From the NCBI GenBank assembly GCA_032718475.1, contig JAUCBJ010007886.1:1-64000 (forward strand): 64,000 nucleotides of DNA. The letters are read 5' to 3'. The position numbers were made by a program, and so were the translations under genes. This DNA is from Nemertoderma westbladi (taxonomy: Eukaryota > Animalia > Xenacoelomorpha). Shown piece after piece: positions 35,358 to 47,235 of the stretch (position 1 is the first letter of the stretch; each line of letters opens with the position of its first letter). The notes under the pieces were generated by a model. The model had not been told where the DNA came from. It ran no database searches and worked only from the letters and a program-made list of their open reading frames with translations.

Positions 35358-38300
35358 TGTTTGGTTCCCGATAAATAGGTATATTGTTTTTTTTTACGGG
35401 TTTTTCAACCTTTGTTTGATAGTGACCCCAGGGAAGCGAATGATTTTTATTAACCCAATAAAGTTTATCGTCAAATGCGCTGAGAGCAAACTTATCTCGT
35501 GCTACAGTATACACTTTGTGTAATTGACTCTGAAATTGGTGCGTTTCCTTGGAAATTTCTAAGTTATCCCTATATGCTCTTAAATAATCTTCGTGGCAAA
35601 TATTTTTATCCACGACAGCTCTTGTTATTCCTTTCGCCCGTCGTATATTTGTTTCATTGAATTCTAAAATTGAATATAACTTTGGTCTTAAAAATACTGC
35701 TTGTTTAATTTCACGTGAGGCTAGTTCATCTTTACAGTAATAGAGCCTGGATTTATTTTTATCGCTGTAGAGAGGGTGATCCTTGGGGTAATTGGATGTA
35801 TCTAAAATATTATTTTTAATTAAGGCTTTTAAGAAATTACTCTGCGATGTATTATAGTAACAACCTATTAAAGAGTCCGTATCTGATGCTACAATTTCAA
35901 TTCGGCAGTTTAATTCTTTCTCAATAGGTAGCAATTTATCGTAATACAGCTGATACATATCCAATTTAGCCAAGTCCAAGACAGTACTACCTACATAGAC
36001 CGGCTTATCGAGAGTTACAGAGTCTTTTACTAATAAATGTCCCGATAAGGAATCGTTATAAATCATGAAATTTTCGTGATTTATACGTTTGACCAATAGG
36101 TTGCATTTCTCTTTACTATTAGCGATACGAAAGTTGCAACGGTCCCTTATCTTCTCTATCGTTTTTCCAAATAACGAATTCTTTAGAAGCTTCGCAACAG
36201 CTGTATCAATGTAACTTTTTGCTACTCGCCTTTGATTAATATTAAAATCTATATAGGGTTTAAATACAAAGTCTTGATGGAAAGAATACAATTTATGGAG
36301 CTTAGTAACAATTAAACCTTGTTTTATATAAAATTTTAACAGTTTTAAATTTACATGATAGAATTCCTTATCGAATTGTGTCAACATAAGTTTTGGTGCA
36401 CACATCTTATAATTGCTATTAGTACCTCTTTGTTTACAAACATGATTATATTGTTCCCTCATATATGGTGAAAGCATTGTCTCATTTATACTTAAATGTT
36501 CTGGAGCTAAGGGTAGTTCTAATGTACGATCATGAATATCTTTGGGATATTTCAAATCGCAAATTAAGAAAAACCCAATATCACCTTCAGTATCAAGATT
36601 TGTCAAATAGTTTATTAGTTCTTCTGGAGCAGCATTCTCTAAATATGTAACGTTGACTTGTTCAAACCCTGAAACAGGTAGCTTTTTACTTAAATTACCA
36701 GAATACAAGGAATTAAAATCTATATTGAAAATATGACACTCTTCCTTGCTTGGATCATAATTATCAGTATCTGGTATATTTGATTCTATGTAATGCTTTC
36801 GACAGAATGAAACCCCTCCTCTAATAGATGCTTCAAAATCTCTATATGTTTGGTAATCTTTTATTAATGCTAACTTACATTTATTGTATTTCAGGGCGCA
36901 ATCATAAGTGAAAGCTGCGATACTGCAATAATAAACTACTTCTAATTCGTAGTTTTGTCTACATACTCTCCTAAAGTTCTCAAATATAACAGCGAGGAGA
37001 CAAACATCGAGTTTTAAGTATGCTAAAAGATAATCCTTGAGATTTGTACACTCAAACTGACTCCATGATGCGTTGGCAAAACTATATTCCTCGGGAGTAC
37101 AGGTATTTTGTGTTAATTTACTATAAAATTTGTCTATTGATGGTAATTTCGAATCATTGAATTTATTTAAATCTGTCAGATACTTGTAGGGAAATATACC
37201 TTTTCGTTTAATTGTTGCATTATTTAAATTTGGATAAAAATATTTCATTTGCTGTTCAGTAATTGGTAGAACTGATGTTATATCCTCGCTGTCTATATCC
37301 TTTGTTGAACAATCAACTAAAGTACTTAGGGAAAAGGATAAAAATTGATATGTGTCTAAGACACGTAGCTCGATTTTTGTTTTTTGTTCTTTCACCGGTA
37401 TATGCATACTCAGTGAAATATACCTTTCAGAATTTTTAGGGATTACCTTTATATCCCAATCGGAATATTTGTTATTGCTAAACCCAACTTGCAAAAGAAA
37501 ATGCAAATCGTAGAGATTGCAGTTGTGTGCAGCGAGTATATACATGTGTCGTTTCAATGATAAAGAGCGGTTACACGCGTTACAAGCGGCTGCTATATAG
37601 TTACCAGTAATATGTGAGTGATGTTTATTTTTCTCAGACTTATCCTTAAATAAAACATTGCAATAAAAGCAAGTTTTAGCTTTCCAAAAACTTAACTTAT
37701 CTACATCGTTAAGTATAATCTTCTCTCGCGTATGGGTTTCTGCCCACTTATATAATTGGGTGATGTCATTATATACAGAGTCTAAAAAGTCTTGAATACA
37801 GTTGTTGTCGATTGTTTTTGTAAAGGTCTTCAAATAAAATTTTGGTGGATTGATTAATTCACTACTAGGAACAATTAAATAACTTACAGCGCATGGAATA
37901 TGATTCTGAATAAATTTACTGTTGGTGGCTGGCTCCAAAATAGATTCTATGTCAAAATATATTACAAACAATGCTGGTAATGTTCTGTCTAAATTTCTAA
38001 AGCTAATGTGAGTTCTTTTTTCAGACGGTAGCTTCTCAACTTGACTTTTTCCTCGATAACAAGCAAGACAGTGACGTTCTAGAACATCCTTGCTGTAGAA
38101 ATGAGACAAACACCGTTCACAAAATTTCCTACATCTAATATGCTTACCTGTTGTATTCAACAAACGATTCAAGTTAGTTATGCAAATATAATGTGATTGT
38201 TTACTCGTATTCTTATTTTTTACAAGTAATATATTCAATAACTCTTTATCTGGAGTGATTTTACTAAATGGAGCCTGTCTTAATATAGATACTCGATTGT

Positions 38301-39345
38301 TATCGTAGAGTAATAAATTAATTATATATGCTGAATTCTGTTTTTCAAAAAGTTTAATTGCAAGCAGCCATTCTGTTGGATAATCTTTGTTCCCGTTGTC
38401 AAAAATAAAATGACTCATATAATTTTTGTACGATGAAGTACGGTTTTTGTTGTTTTTCACTTTGCTACTAAATTTTGTGGCTATAATTGCCCATTTGAAA
38501 CAGTCATTATCAGCCGTTTGTATATTTATAACACATTTTTTAACTGATAGAGTCTTAGGTAACTCCATATAACCTTTATATTCCAGTGACCTACACTTGG
38601 ATTCAGCTACTTTAATTTCCACTCTTAATAAAGATTTAACGCGCCACCCTGAGCCACGAGTGTTAAACATGGCTATTTTTTGCATTAATTGTTCTAGTAC
38701 ATACTCAAACCATGTGTCAAAACTTTCATGTGAATCTATGGTATTAACTGCACCACCTGAAGAACTAAAATAGAAAGCTTCTTCTTGATCTCCCTCTGAA
38801 AAATGTGATCGATACATGAGTATATTCACACCTAGCCAGGGTCTAAGTACATTCATTTCGCTAAGTTTTCCTAATAATAACGTTTTGATGTGTGGCAGAA
38901 TTTTTAGTATCAATGAATGAATATCAGGAAAATCTTCATCATTCGGAAGATTGTAAACATAGATTTCTAAACGGTTATCGTGTGCAGCTCGTTCGATGCT
39001 AAAAATTGATGGACCTTGACCAGATTTCAGTCTTTTTCTAGATGCGACAGTATTGTTTTGGTTCGCTCGTGGTCTAACATGATAATAACGTTGGTGACAG
39101 TCGTGACGTAAATAATTATCATATAAATACTCTTTATTACAAGTAGGACAAGTTTTTTCATACACGTAAAACTTCATTTCTTTACATCCCGTAGTTGATT
39201 CATGTCGTTTGCATATTTCTTCTGTAGGTGTAAAAACATGACACTTAAAACAAGAATAACCTTCAAAATGTGACCTTAGGTGGCGTAAATAATTTCGTTT
39301 AGAAATTTGAAGAGGACAAAATGGACATTTCAATTGTTTATCCAT
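35338..39345 (-). CDS. Protein-primed family B DNA polymerase (1335 aa)
   Basis: ExoI YFDIES, ExoII HN...YD, ExoIII Y...DV; Pol motifs DFNSLY, KLLKNSLFGK, DTDS, KAK-like RAKGI. N-terminal C2H2 fingers, GSGW motif, vOTU-like DNDCF...HY and an EndoVII-like insert. Confidence 0.97.
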   Translation of the reverse strand: MDKQLKCPFCPLQISKRNYLRHLRSHFEGYSCFKCHVFTPTEEICKRHESTTGCKEMKFYVYEKTCPTCNKEYLYDNYLRHDCHQRYYHVRPRANQNNTVASRKRLKSGQGPSIFSIERAAHDNRLEIYVYNLPNDEDFPDIHSLILKILPHIKTLLLGKLSEMNVLRPWLGVNILMYRSHFSEGDQEEAFYFSSSGGAVNTIDSHESFDTWFEYVLEQLMQKIAMFNTRGSGWRVKSLLRVEIKVAESKCRSLEYKGYMELPKTLSVKKCVINIQTADNDCFKWAIIATKFSSKVKNNKNRTSSYKNYMSHFIFDNGNKDYPTEWLLAIKLFEKQNSAYIINLLLYDNNRVSILRQAPFSKITPDKELLNILLVKNKNTSKQSHYICITNLNRLLNTTGKHIRCRKFCERCLSHFYSKDVLERHCLACYRGKSQVEKLPSEKRTHISFRNLDRTLPALFVIYFDIESILEPATNSKFIQNHIPCAVSYLIVPSSELINPPKFYLKTFTKTIDNNCIQDFLDSVYNDITQLYKWAETHTREKIILNDVDKLSFWKAKTCFYCNVLFKDKSEKNKHHSHITGNYIAAACNACNRSLSLKRHMYILAAHNCNLYDLHFLLQVGFSNNKYSDWDIKVIPKNSERYISLSMHIPVKEQKTKIELRVLDTYQFLSFSLSTLVDCSTKDIDSEDITSVLPITEQQMKYFYPNLNNATIKRKGIFPYKYLTDLNKFNDSKLPSIDKFYSKLTQNTCTPEEYSFANASWSQFECTNLKDYLLAYLKLDVCLLAVIFENFRRVCRQNYELEVVYYCSIAAFTYDCALKYNKCKLALIKDYQTYRDFEASIRGGVSFCRKHYIESNIPDTDNYDPSKEECHIFNIDFNSLYSGNLSKKLPVSGFEQVNVTYLENAAPEELINYLTNLDTEGDIGFFLICDLKYPKDIHDRTLELPLAPEHLSINETMLSPYMREQYNHVCKQRGTNSNYKMCAPKLMLTQFDKEFYHVNLKLLKFYIKQGLIVTKLHKLYSFHQDFVFKPYIDFNINQRRVAKSYIDTAVAKLLKNSLFGKTIEKIRDRCNFRIANSKEKCNLLVKRINHENFMIYNDSLSGHLLVKDSVTLDKPVYVGSTVLDLAKLDMYQLYYDKLLPIEKELNCRIEIVASDTDSLIGCYYNTSQSNFLKALIKNNILDTSNYPKDHPLYSDKNKSRLYYCKDELASREIKQAVFLRPKLYSILEFNETNIRRAKGITRAVVDKNICHEDYLRAYRDNLEISKETHQFQSQLHKVYTVARDKFALSAFDDKLYWVNKNHSLPWGHYQTKVEKPVKKNNIPIYREPNNELSDS

Positions 39346-39893
39346 CTCTTTATTATCCTAAAAACAATTTAAAATTAATATGAATATTGTTATATATATA
39401 TATAATCAAAAAAAATTCATAAGCTACTCAACATAAATAAAATATAATATCTAAACTTTAATTAATTTAATATTTTCAGAATGAGCTCGATTGAATCAGT
39501 TGAGCTCTTTATATATATATTTCAAGTTTCTACTTATACCAACCAATCATAAATAACAGTTACATTGGAAACTAATATCATAAATAAAGTTGCTTTTACA
39601 ACTGAATTCTTTATAATAAAATCAAGTCTAAACCAAGATGTGCATAATACGTTTTTAATTTTCATTGATAAAGTAGGTTTTACATGCTAATGTTTTATTA
39701 TGGTGGTGTAAACTCACGCATTTATATGCGAATGTTTTATACCTAATCCCGTGCTCACATTAAACTATCACCAATATTTACTCAATAAAGTCACCTTTAC
39801 ACGCAAATACTTTATAATAATCACGCTTTGTGATAAAAAGTTACCTTTACAAGTCAGTGTGAAACTGAAAAAAAGTCTCTAGTTAATAATAAA

Positions 39894-40937
39894 TCAATCT
39901 GATACTGTTTTTATATGTTCCTTATTGTAATCTGCTACCTCTTCACTTGCTTTTGTAACTTTTATTTTCTTTGTAGGTATAGAATCATTGTTGGGAATGG
40001 AAGATGTTTGAGATGTAGATCTGCGCTTTCTATCACTCGATGTCTCTTCGATGTATGTCTTTGGATTAAATGTAGATGAAACTACTTCTGGAAATGACTT
40101 ATTAACCTTAAACTTCCAAGTTGGTTGATATAGAATCGCGAAACCGTCTGCTATATCAGTTGATGAACCCTTTAACATCATATCATAGAGAAACTCTATA
40201 TGAGGTATGTCTTTATCGTAATGTAACTGTAAATATTTGCTTTCCTTGTCTGTAATAATTACTTTTTTTTCTTGTACATTTATTTTTACCTTAAGTCGGT
40301 CAGATAAAGCTTTATCGCTCGTATCTAGCTCTGAAAAGACACCTTCGTTACTAATTTCATAATTCCATTCATACCACAATGAATTTACTTCCGATGCTGT
40401 TAAGTTAAACCCATTATAATACCTAAGACCAATAGCATCAGAATATCTAGCTGAAATCTCCCATAGTCCCATATAAGTCGTTCCTTTATATTTGCTTACA
40501 AAACCAACAAAAGATGGGTTGGTTAAATTAACAACAGAACACTGATTTATTATTTCGAGTGGTGGTGATAACAATTCTAATATTTCTGACTTACTCTGAA
40601 GCAATAAATTAATGAGTGATTTGTTTAGAATTTGACATTTGCCTTGCTTCTGAATATATACGTTTTCAGTAATAACACAGGTGGAAATATTTAACTTTCC
40701 TCTTGTAAATTCTATATTAGGATAAATATTACCTCTTGAAACTGGTGATTCCTTTTGTCGGTTGATTAATATTTCTAAGACGTCTAGAAGGTAGAGTGTA
40801 TCCTGGTAAGAGAAGCACGTTGTTACATTGCTATCGCTTGAGAGTAATATAAAATACTTGCCATAAACAATACTACAGGTATATTTATTACATGTAAATT
40901 TCCAAGTATTGCTTGAAGTTTTTTTAAATAAATCCAT
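39894..40937 (-). CDS. Polinton protein with a PC4-like ssDNA-binding/coactivator motif (347 aa)
   Basis: FVSKYKGTTYMGLWE...GFNLTASEVNSL resembles PC4 YVSVRDFKGKVLIDIRE...GISLNPEQWSQL. Basic NLS-like RKRR and PTKKIK near the C-terminus. Confidence 0.6.
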   Translation of the reverse strand: MDLFKKTSSNTWKFTCNKYTCSIVYGKYFILLSSDSNVTTCFSYQDTLYLLDVLEILINRQKESPVSRGNIYPNIEFTRGKLNISTCVITENVYIQKQGKCQILNKSLINLLLQSKSEILELLSPPLEIINQCSVVNLTNPSFVGFVSKYKGTTYMGLWEISARYSDAIGLRYYNGFNLTASEVNSLWYEWNYEISNEGVFSELDTSDKALSDRLKVKINVQEKKVIITDKESKYLQLHYDKDIPHIEFLYDMMLKGSSTDIADGFAILYQPTWKFKVNKSFPEVVSSTFNPKTYIEETSSDRKRRSTSQTSSIPNNDSIPTKKIKVTKASEEVADYNKEHIKTVSD

Positions 40938-41552
40938 AATTAGAATGAAAACTATTTTGAAAAATAAAAACTAAATAAATGATTATTAGAATGTAAAACT
41001 TCTGTTTATATGGTTGCTTTAATACAACAGAGTGACTTACAGTGAGGAATATAGTAGCTTCGTGTAACAGATGCAACGTGTACAGCTAAATTTATTACAT
41101 TAGCATGAGTTAGAGAGTGAAATAGCAGTAACATGTAACAGATGCAACGTGATCAATGCTAGCTCTGTCATTCTAACTTATATTTTAACTTAGTTGACCG
41201 ACCAGTTACATCGATAAAAGAAATCGATTATTATTAATAGTCGAATTAATGTATTCTATGCTATAGTAATTATGTTAAGGAACTAGAAGCTATTTATAAA
41301 CATCTGCTACCAGTGATGAAGATGAAGAATTCAATGACTATGGTATAACTCAGATATTTATCGCCTTTTGCTCTCGAGGTTGGATGGAAGAGTGATTGGT
41401 GAGTTGTGAGGAGTTATAACGGTCCCGGGTTCGAACCCTGTTGAATATTTTGTTATCTGAAAAATTGCAAAATTAAATTTAGTTACTGGTGAAAAATAGC
41501 GATTTGAAAAATAGTAGAAGTTACCTGTAGACATCTCTAGCGTCTGTAAAAT

Positions 41553-41875
41553 AATGGTTGGTGAAAAATAGCGATTTGAAAAATAGTAGAAGTTACCTGA
41601 TGCTAAGTGTAGACACCCGAACACCTGTAAAATAAAGGTTGGTGATTGGACGGAGTACTAGCGTTGGGTGACTAATAACGCCTCTAGCGGAAGATGCGGG
41701 AACTTGAGAAGTTGCCATGGTTACGGATGAAATGCTGACATCTGATTGGTTGAAATAATAACGACCACTGCTAAAGGTTGAAATGGTGGCTTCTGATTGG
41801 ATGGATTACTAAAAATGGACGGTAATGATGGGCTACGGGTGACTTTGATCGAGTTGGCTAGTAATGTATACTACT
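41553..41875 (-). repeat. Polinton right terminal inverted repeat
   Basis: Reverse complement of 22420-22742. Its inner 41 bp are repeated again at 41487-41527. Confidence 0.95.
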
Positions 41876-42457
41876 CATATTAATATGAAAATAAAGTATC
41901 TGCAAAGAAAATAACCCAATACTATATAATTTGACCTTATTAAAAAATTTTAACTTTTGCACACTTATTTGTACAAATGCACTTTAGCAGATCGTAATGG
42001 TGGCTCTTATTTAACAAACTTATGTTTATCCTCTACCGATCTACGATGGTGTATGATCAAGTGTCAGTCGCTAAAAGTGTCAAAAATCCAATTTAATAAA
42101 TCTGGATTTGCGATTTTGGACCATATTCATGGACATTTTAAGTCACTTTATAGACATAAAAAGAAAAACAAATGTTACGATTATAGTTAGCAATCATTCC
42201 AAACTACATTTTAATCTAAAAAATAACATTCTACGATGAATAGAACTGGAAATAATAGTGTTTGAAATATCGAAAAAATGTTCACTATTTAAGTGCATTA
42301 TGCACTAAGTGCACATGCGTCTTTTCCCAAGTTGTATCCTATTTCATACACTACGATCTATTCTCTACCCAATGAAAAAAGTTTCAGATTAAATGGCCCT
42401 GTAGAACCGAAGTTATTGATGTTTAAAAATAGTCACTCGAAAATTTCAAATTCTCTT

Positions 42458-42532
42458 GGTCACATAGTCTAGTGGTTATCAATCACGTTAATGAAACCTA
42501 AGTTCGCGGGTTCGAAATCCAAGACCTGACCA
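42458..42532 (+). pseudogene. tRNA-like sequence (degenerate tRNA or SINE head)
   Basis: GGTCA...TGACC-A acceptor-like ends, A box TAGTCTAGTGG, B box GGTTCGAAAT. The anticodon arm does not pair. Confidence 0.5.
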
Positions 42533-44264
42533 TTCTTAATTTTTTTGCAAAAAAAAATATTTTTATTTTTTCACTAAAATCGCTCTAACTTCGGTTCTGG
42601 TGGTCCAAATTCAATAAAATTGGTATATTCTTTGCCGTAATTTTTTTCTTAATCTTTTGAGAAGGGGTTATTTTAGGCCCCAAAAAAATTAAAAAAAAGG
42701 GCCAAAATAACGCGATATTTTTCGACCCTTAAAATTCGTAATTTTAATTATATATGTTAAGATAAAAGATAGCGGAGTTAATTTGATACTTTTTACAGGT
42801 ACTTTTGGCGCTAAATTATAATGGAATAGCGATTTGTTAAAAAAAAATTTTCGTCCCTTTTTATAAATATTATATTTCACACGATCGCCTGCCGCTCCAG
42901 TTTTATAAACCTCCGGCGCTGTGATTAACGCTGTTAGATAGATAATTTAACGCACTATAAGTCTGTGTAAACAAATCTCGCGTAAGTTAAGTAGTTTTCG
43001 AGCTAGACGATTTCCCGCGAAGCAAGTTTGAAGCGCGAAATTATAATTTTGGCCCTCATTTTTTTAATATCATCCTTGGAGCAAAACCGATAGCATATTG
43101 AATTCCCCGTATGGATATTGACTGTATAGAATGTACCTTAACCAACTAAAGTTAAAAATAAAAAATTATTCGATAAAAACTACGTTACAAATTCTGGCCC
43201 TTTTTGGCCCCTATTGCCGACATATTTTTTGTACCCCCATTCGATAGGAACGTAGCCCCTATGATCTTCTACGAGTTTCATAAAAGAATTAGTGGATTCC
43301 TACCCGCGTTGTCGAATTAAACATTTCGGAAATACGTTTTCCAAAAAAGACGGACAAAAACGTACAAATTTACAGCCCCTTTTTCCACCCGAAATTTTAA
43401 TAAATATCTTACCCCCATTCGATACGAAGGTAGTACCACTCTTCCCCTTTCCAACCGCGTTACTTTCGTCCCCGTACGATTAATATTAGCCGAGTTATAG
43501 CGGATCCCGCAAAGTCATTTTGTCCGTTTTTTCAACTTTGACGGACATTTTCGGAAAAAAGGCGTGGTAATCTTTTTTGAAAAAAAAAAACGAATTCACT
43601 AATTTATCCCTTCTATCATATCCCGGCGTCGGCTAAGCAATAACCTAGGGTTTTTTCGAGCCACTGTAGAGCGCCTTTCAAAAAAATTTTAAAATTGTCG
43701 AAAAAATGACGGTTTTTTGTCCGCCGTGTCCGTCGAAGGGTTAGATTTAATAATGTTAGAGTTGCTAATATCTTAGAATTCCGAGCCGCTCCCCTGGTGA
43801 GAAAATAAAAAAATTTGGTCAGTTCCTTCATCGAAAAGTCCCCCAGAATCCCAAGTTAACCTATATAGTTAGCGATGGCCTGCGGCTTTAGGAGCGGCCG
43901 CGGAATTCACCTCCCTCATAGCGGCCGCGGCGGTGTTGCGTCAAATGGAGAAATATTTATCCCACCGAGCGAAGTGAGTGAGTGAAATATGAAACGGTAT
44001 CATGAAGATGAAATGCGGGTAGGTAACCCATAGCCCATCATTGAGTTTACTTTATTTCACGACGTATTTCACGCTGACTTGAAAATATAAAGTTATTTAT
44101 TATTTATTTCGCTACCTTTCCACCGATAATTACAGTAGTAGTCTAGTAAACGCTCAATAGAGTGTACAAAGGAGAATCGTGAACTTGGTTCATCACGCAA
44201 TTTTATTTTCTCAATGCCTTTTCTGATAATTACGGAGCCCGGGACGGACATGAAAAAAATATTT

Positions 44265-44380
44265 TTCTAACACGAGTCCTCATGATACAGTAGCTAACAC
44301 GAGCCCTCATGATACAGTAGCTAACACGAGCCCTCATGTTACTAACATGAGGGCTCGTGTTACTAACATGATCCCTCATG
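44265..44380. repeat. Short direct/inverted repeat cluster (CTAACACGAGCCCTCATG)
   Basis: Three direct copies plus an inverted copy CATGAGGGCTCGTGTTA. Confidence 0.75.
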
Positions 44381-45559
44381 GCTCCAAACGCAACCATAAA
44401 TATAAGCTAAATTTGTTATAACATAATTTATGTCATTTTTACATTTATTTATACACCAACTAATTTAATTTGTGCAGTTTCTATCACTTATAATATATAT
44501 ACAATAATTTCGTAATGTTACAATTTTGGAATAAAACTACATACATACAGTACTTGTTGCAAAGTACTTTACGGTGCAGTGCTCTGATCCTCGTGGCTTT
44601 ATTTTCACTCACTCACTACGTTCATGTAATAAATTTTACAAATGGATGCCTGGTGGTAGGCCTTCAGATTGAAATAGGGTTAATTAAAGGCCTTTCCTTT
44701 TTAAGACAGGATGGATGAAAACTTAAAGCAAATCCAATTGATCTCAAATGAATATCTCGTCTCAATGTTTAATCAATTCAGAGAAAAGGAGCAGGTGCAG
44801 CTATTCATAGCTTACCCGGTATTTAATCTGTACTTTACAGTATATATATCTTTATTCTCTAAGTAGCATTCAATCCTATCCTAAATAATTAAAGAAAGTC
44901 AATAGCACAGGTTACACGTTTATTCTGGTCAATGAAGTGTAAAATGACTACCCGGTTCTCTGGGGAGTAGAAATTATGACTAAATGGCCAAATAAATTTC
45001 TTATTACTTTGATCTGATCGTTTCAAGTTAAAGATCCTGAGCTCCGAATTCAAGGTTAAATTCTTCATTAAAAAGATAAAAAAACTACAGTATTCAAGGT
45101 AAACAGATCGTTCGTTTTGAAGTACATTGGCACATATGGTTATTTATCACTGTTAAGGTTGATGAGTCGTAAATACAGTGTCACATACAGTAGACTACAG
45201 TATGCTTGCCCTTCTTTGTATTGAGAATTTCCAAGCAGCATAACGTAAATGTAAATAATATAATGTAAATTACATGTACCTCAGAATAAATTTCGTTAAT
45301 ACGTTTGCCAATAAGAGAGTTCCATACATTTATGTTCGCTTGAGTTACAATTCACATGGCGGTGTGAGAAAGATTTCCATAAATTTTTGACCTTCGTCCT
45401 GGTCAGTCGGGCCTCCGTCATGGGATGATAAATAACTAATGCTTGTTGTCTTTGGCCCATACAAATTTTCTTCTATAAAGTACAGTTCTTGGCCGTAGAC
45501 GAAGGTCCCACACACATGGGGGTACAAAGGTCCGAAAAAAAAGCGACCCAGTCGCTAAA

Positions 45560-45630
45560 TTTCGTCCCATTCGGACCTTCGTCCCATTCGGATCTTCGTC
45601 CCATTCGGACATTTCGTCCCATTCGGACCT
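45560..45630. repeat. 17-18-bp tandem repeat x4
   Basis: TTCGTCCCATTCGGA(C/T) repeated; probably part of a MITE. Confidence 0.85.
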
Positions 45631-46020
45631 TTGACCTACAAGCTACAACCCACAGCACCTACACTTTAAAATATCACTTATCAGTCAATAACGGCACGGG
45701 GCAACAGGAGCCAGCTGCAAACAAAGAAACAATCCAATAGCAACGGGGAGATTACAGAAATTGACCTTCAATTATTGGAGGTGTGTACCTGTACACTGTA
45801 CACTGTACATACTAAATAAAATTAAAGATTACTGTATTAAAGAAGGGAGCTTGCTTGCTACAGCTACTATACATTTCAGTGCTGCGTTATGGATTGCCCG
45901 TACTATGAAACGTGACCTGTATAAATAACTCATATCTGACATCCCATCTATTTTTCCAAGATATTTGTTGAAATTTGGTCTCAATATTATTTCTGAAGAA
46001 TTTTCCATATACAGTACTAC

Positions 46021-46526
46021 TGTGACGGGATCCAGGAGGGATCCCGGTTTATCCGGTGTTAGTTCACGCGTCCCCGCCGTGTGTGAAGAGTAAATGTGTT
46101 CGTGTCGTTCGTTGTATAATGATCGGTATAAAGATATAGATATAGGTTGTTGTACACGGAAGGCGGGATACGGTAACTAAAGCTAAACTATCTAACCTAA
46201 ACTAGCACCAATATTGCACTGAGATAACTGAACTGATATGATTACTGCCAAGTGGCTATATTGCACGGTTGGCCTTGTTACTCTACCTAATCGATGCCTT
46301 TCCCCCCTCTGATTGGTTGATACCCTTGTTGGCGCCCTTTGGAGTGTTCCCGTTCACTCCACCTGTTCTCTCTGGGTTAGGGGTTTGGCCCCTGACCCTC
46401 ATTGTGTGCTTCTCCTTCCCATTCTCATTGGGGTGGCACGAGTGATTGATTACCCAATCTCGTGGCCCCCAATATTGCTTATCGGCTTAACTTTATGGGG
46501 TGTTAGTGGGATTGAATAAGCTAACA
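46021..46526 (-). repeat. 3' LTR of BEL element 1 (~506 bp)
   Basis: On the minus strand, PPT TGGGGGGGAG is followed directly by TGTTAG...GTCACA (TG...CA). The partner LTR is outside the window, so the far boundary is inferred. Confidence 0.8.
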
Positions 46527-47235
46527 CTCCCCCCCATGCTATCTTCCCGGTAAGAAGATAGCATCAACCAAAAAGTGCGCTACAATCCCGCTGGATCCCG
46601 ATCTAGTATCGGGTGTGGGGTGGAATTCTTTTCTCTCGGAGCCGGCTTTCCAGGCCGCTCCCTATTGGTATGATAACGCTACCCTGTATGCCTGGCGTCC
46701 CATGTCGGGCCGATCGCGCTCACCTCTCACGCGACTTTTGTTTCCCCAACACTTTCGCCCTGTCTCCTCTCCACTCTCACCCTAACTCTCTCATACACTC
46801 GGACCTCCTCGTCCCACACTCAGCCTCTTATTCTCCCCCCCCCCACATTAGAATTGCGTCCGCACTCTCTCCGCACTTTCGCTCTATTACTCCGTCCCTC
46901 AACCCCACTTTGACTACCTCATTCCTCCTGACGAATCTCCCCCCCTCTTGTGCCGTCGCACTCAAGAAGTGTGAAATTGTCTGGTGTCTCGTCCATAGTG
47001 CCATAGTCAGTTTACCCCCCAGTCCCAGTACCTAATTGAGAAAGGTTGTATGACTATAGTACTTACTCCGAACGTATATTTGTAGATTACTAATTACTAT
47101 GTACGTACATACGAATTGCACTTATATGATTATTTGCATTAATTAGATTTATACTTAATAGTTCGTACGTCTCACGCGGCGCCTTCCAGGCGTACCACGT
47201 CCAAGTCCCAGTCTCTCTCCCTCGGCTCTGGGAAC

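Larger units (their letters stand above)
22420..41875. mobile_element. Polinton/Maverick (adintovirus-like endogenous virus), full length, 19456 bp
   Basis: 323-bp TIRs with AGTAGT...ACTACT termini. Encodes pPolB, rve integrase, A32-like ATPase, adenain-like protease and major/minor capsid proteins. Confidence 0.97.

Noticed and set aside
22420-41875. Prophage or bacterial contamination (dense intronless genes)
   Set aside because: Gene set, TIRs and AGT termini are those of a eukaryotic Polinton, and it carries a host transposon insertion.
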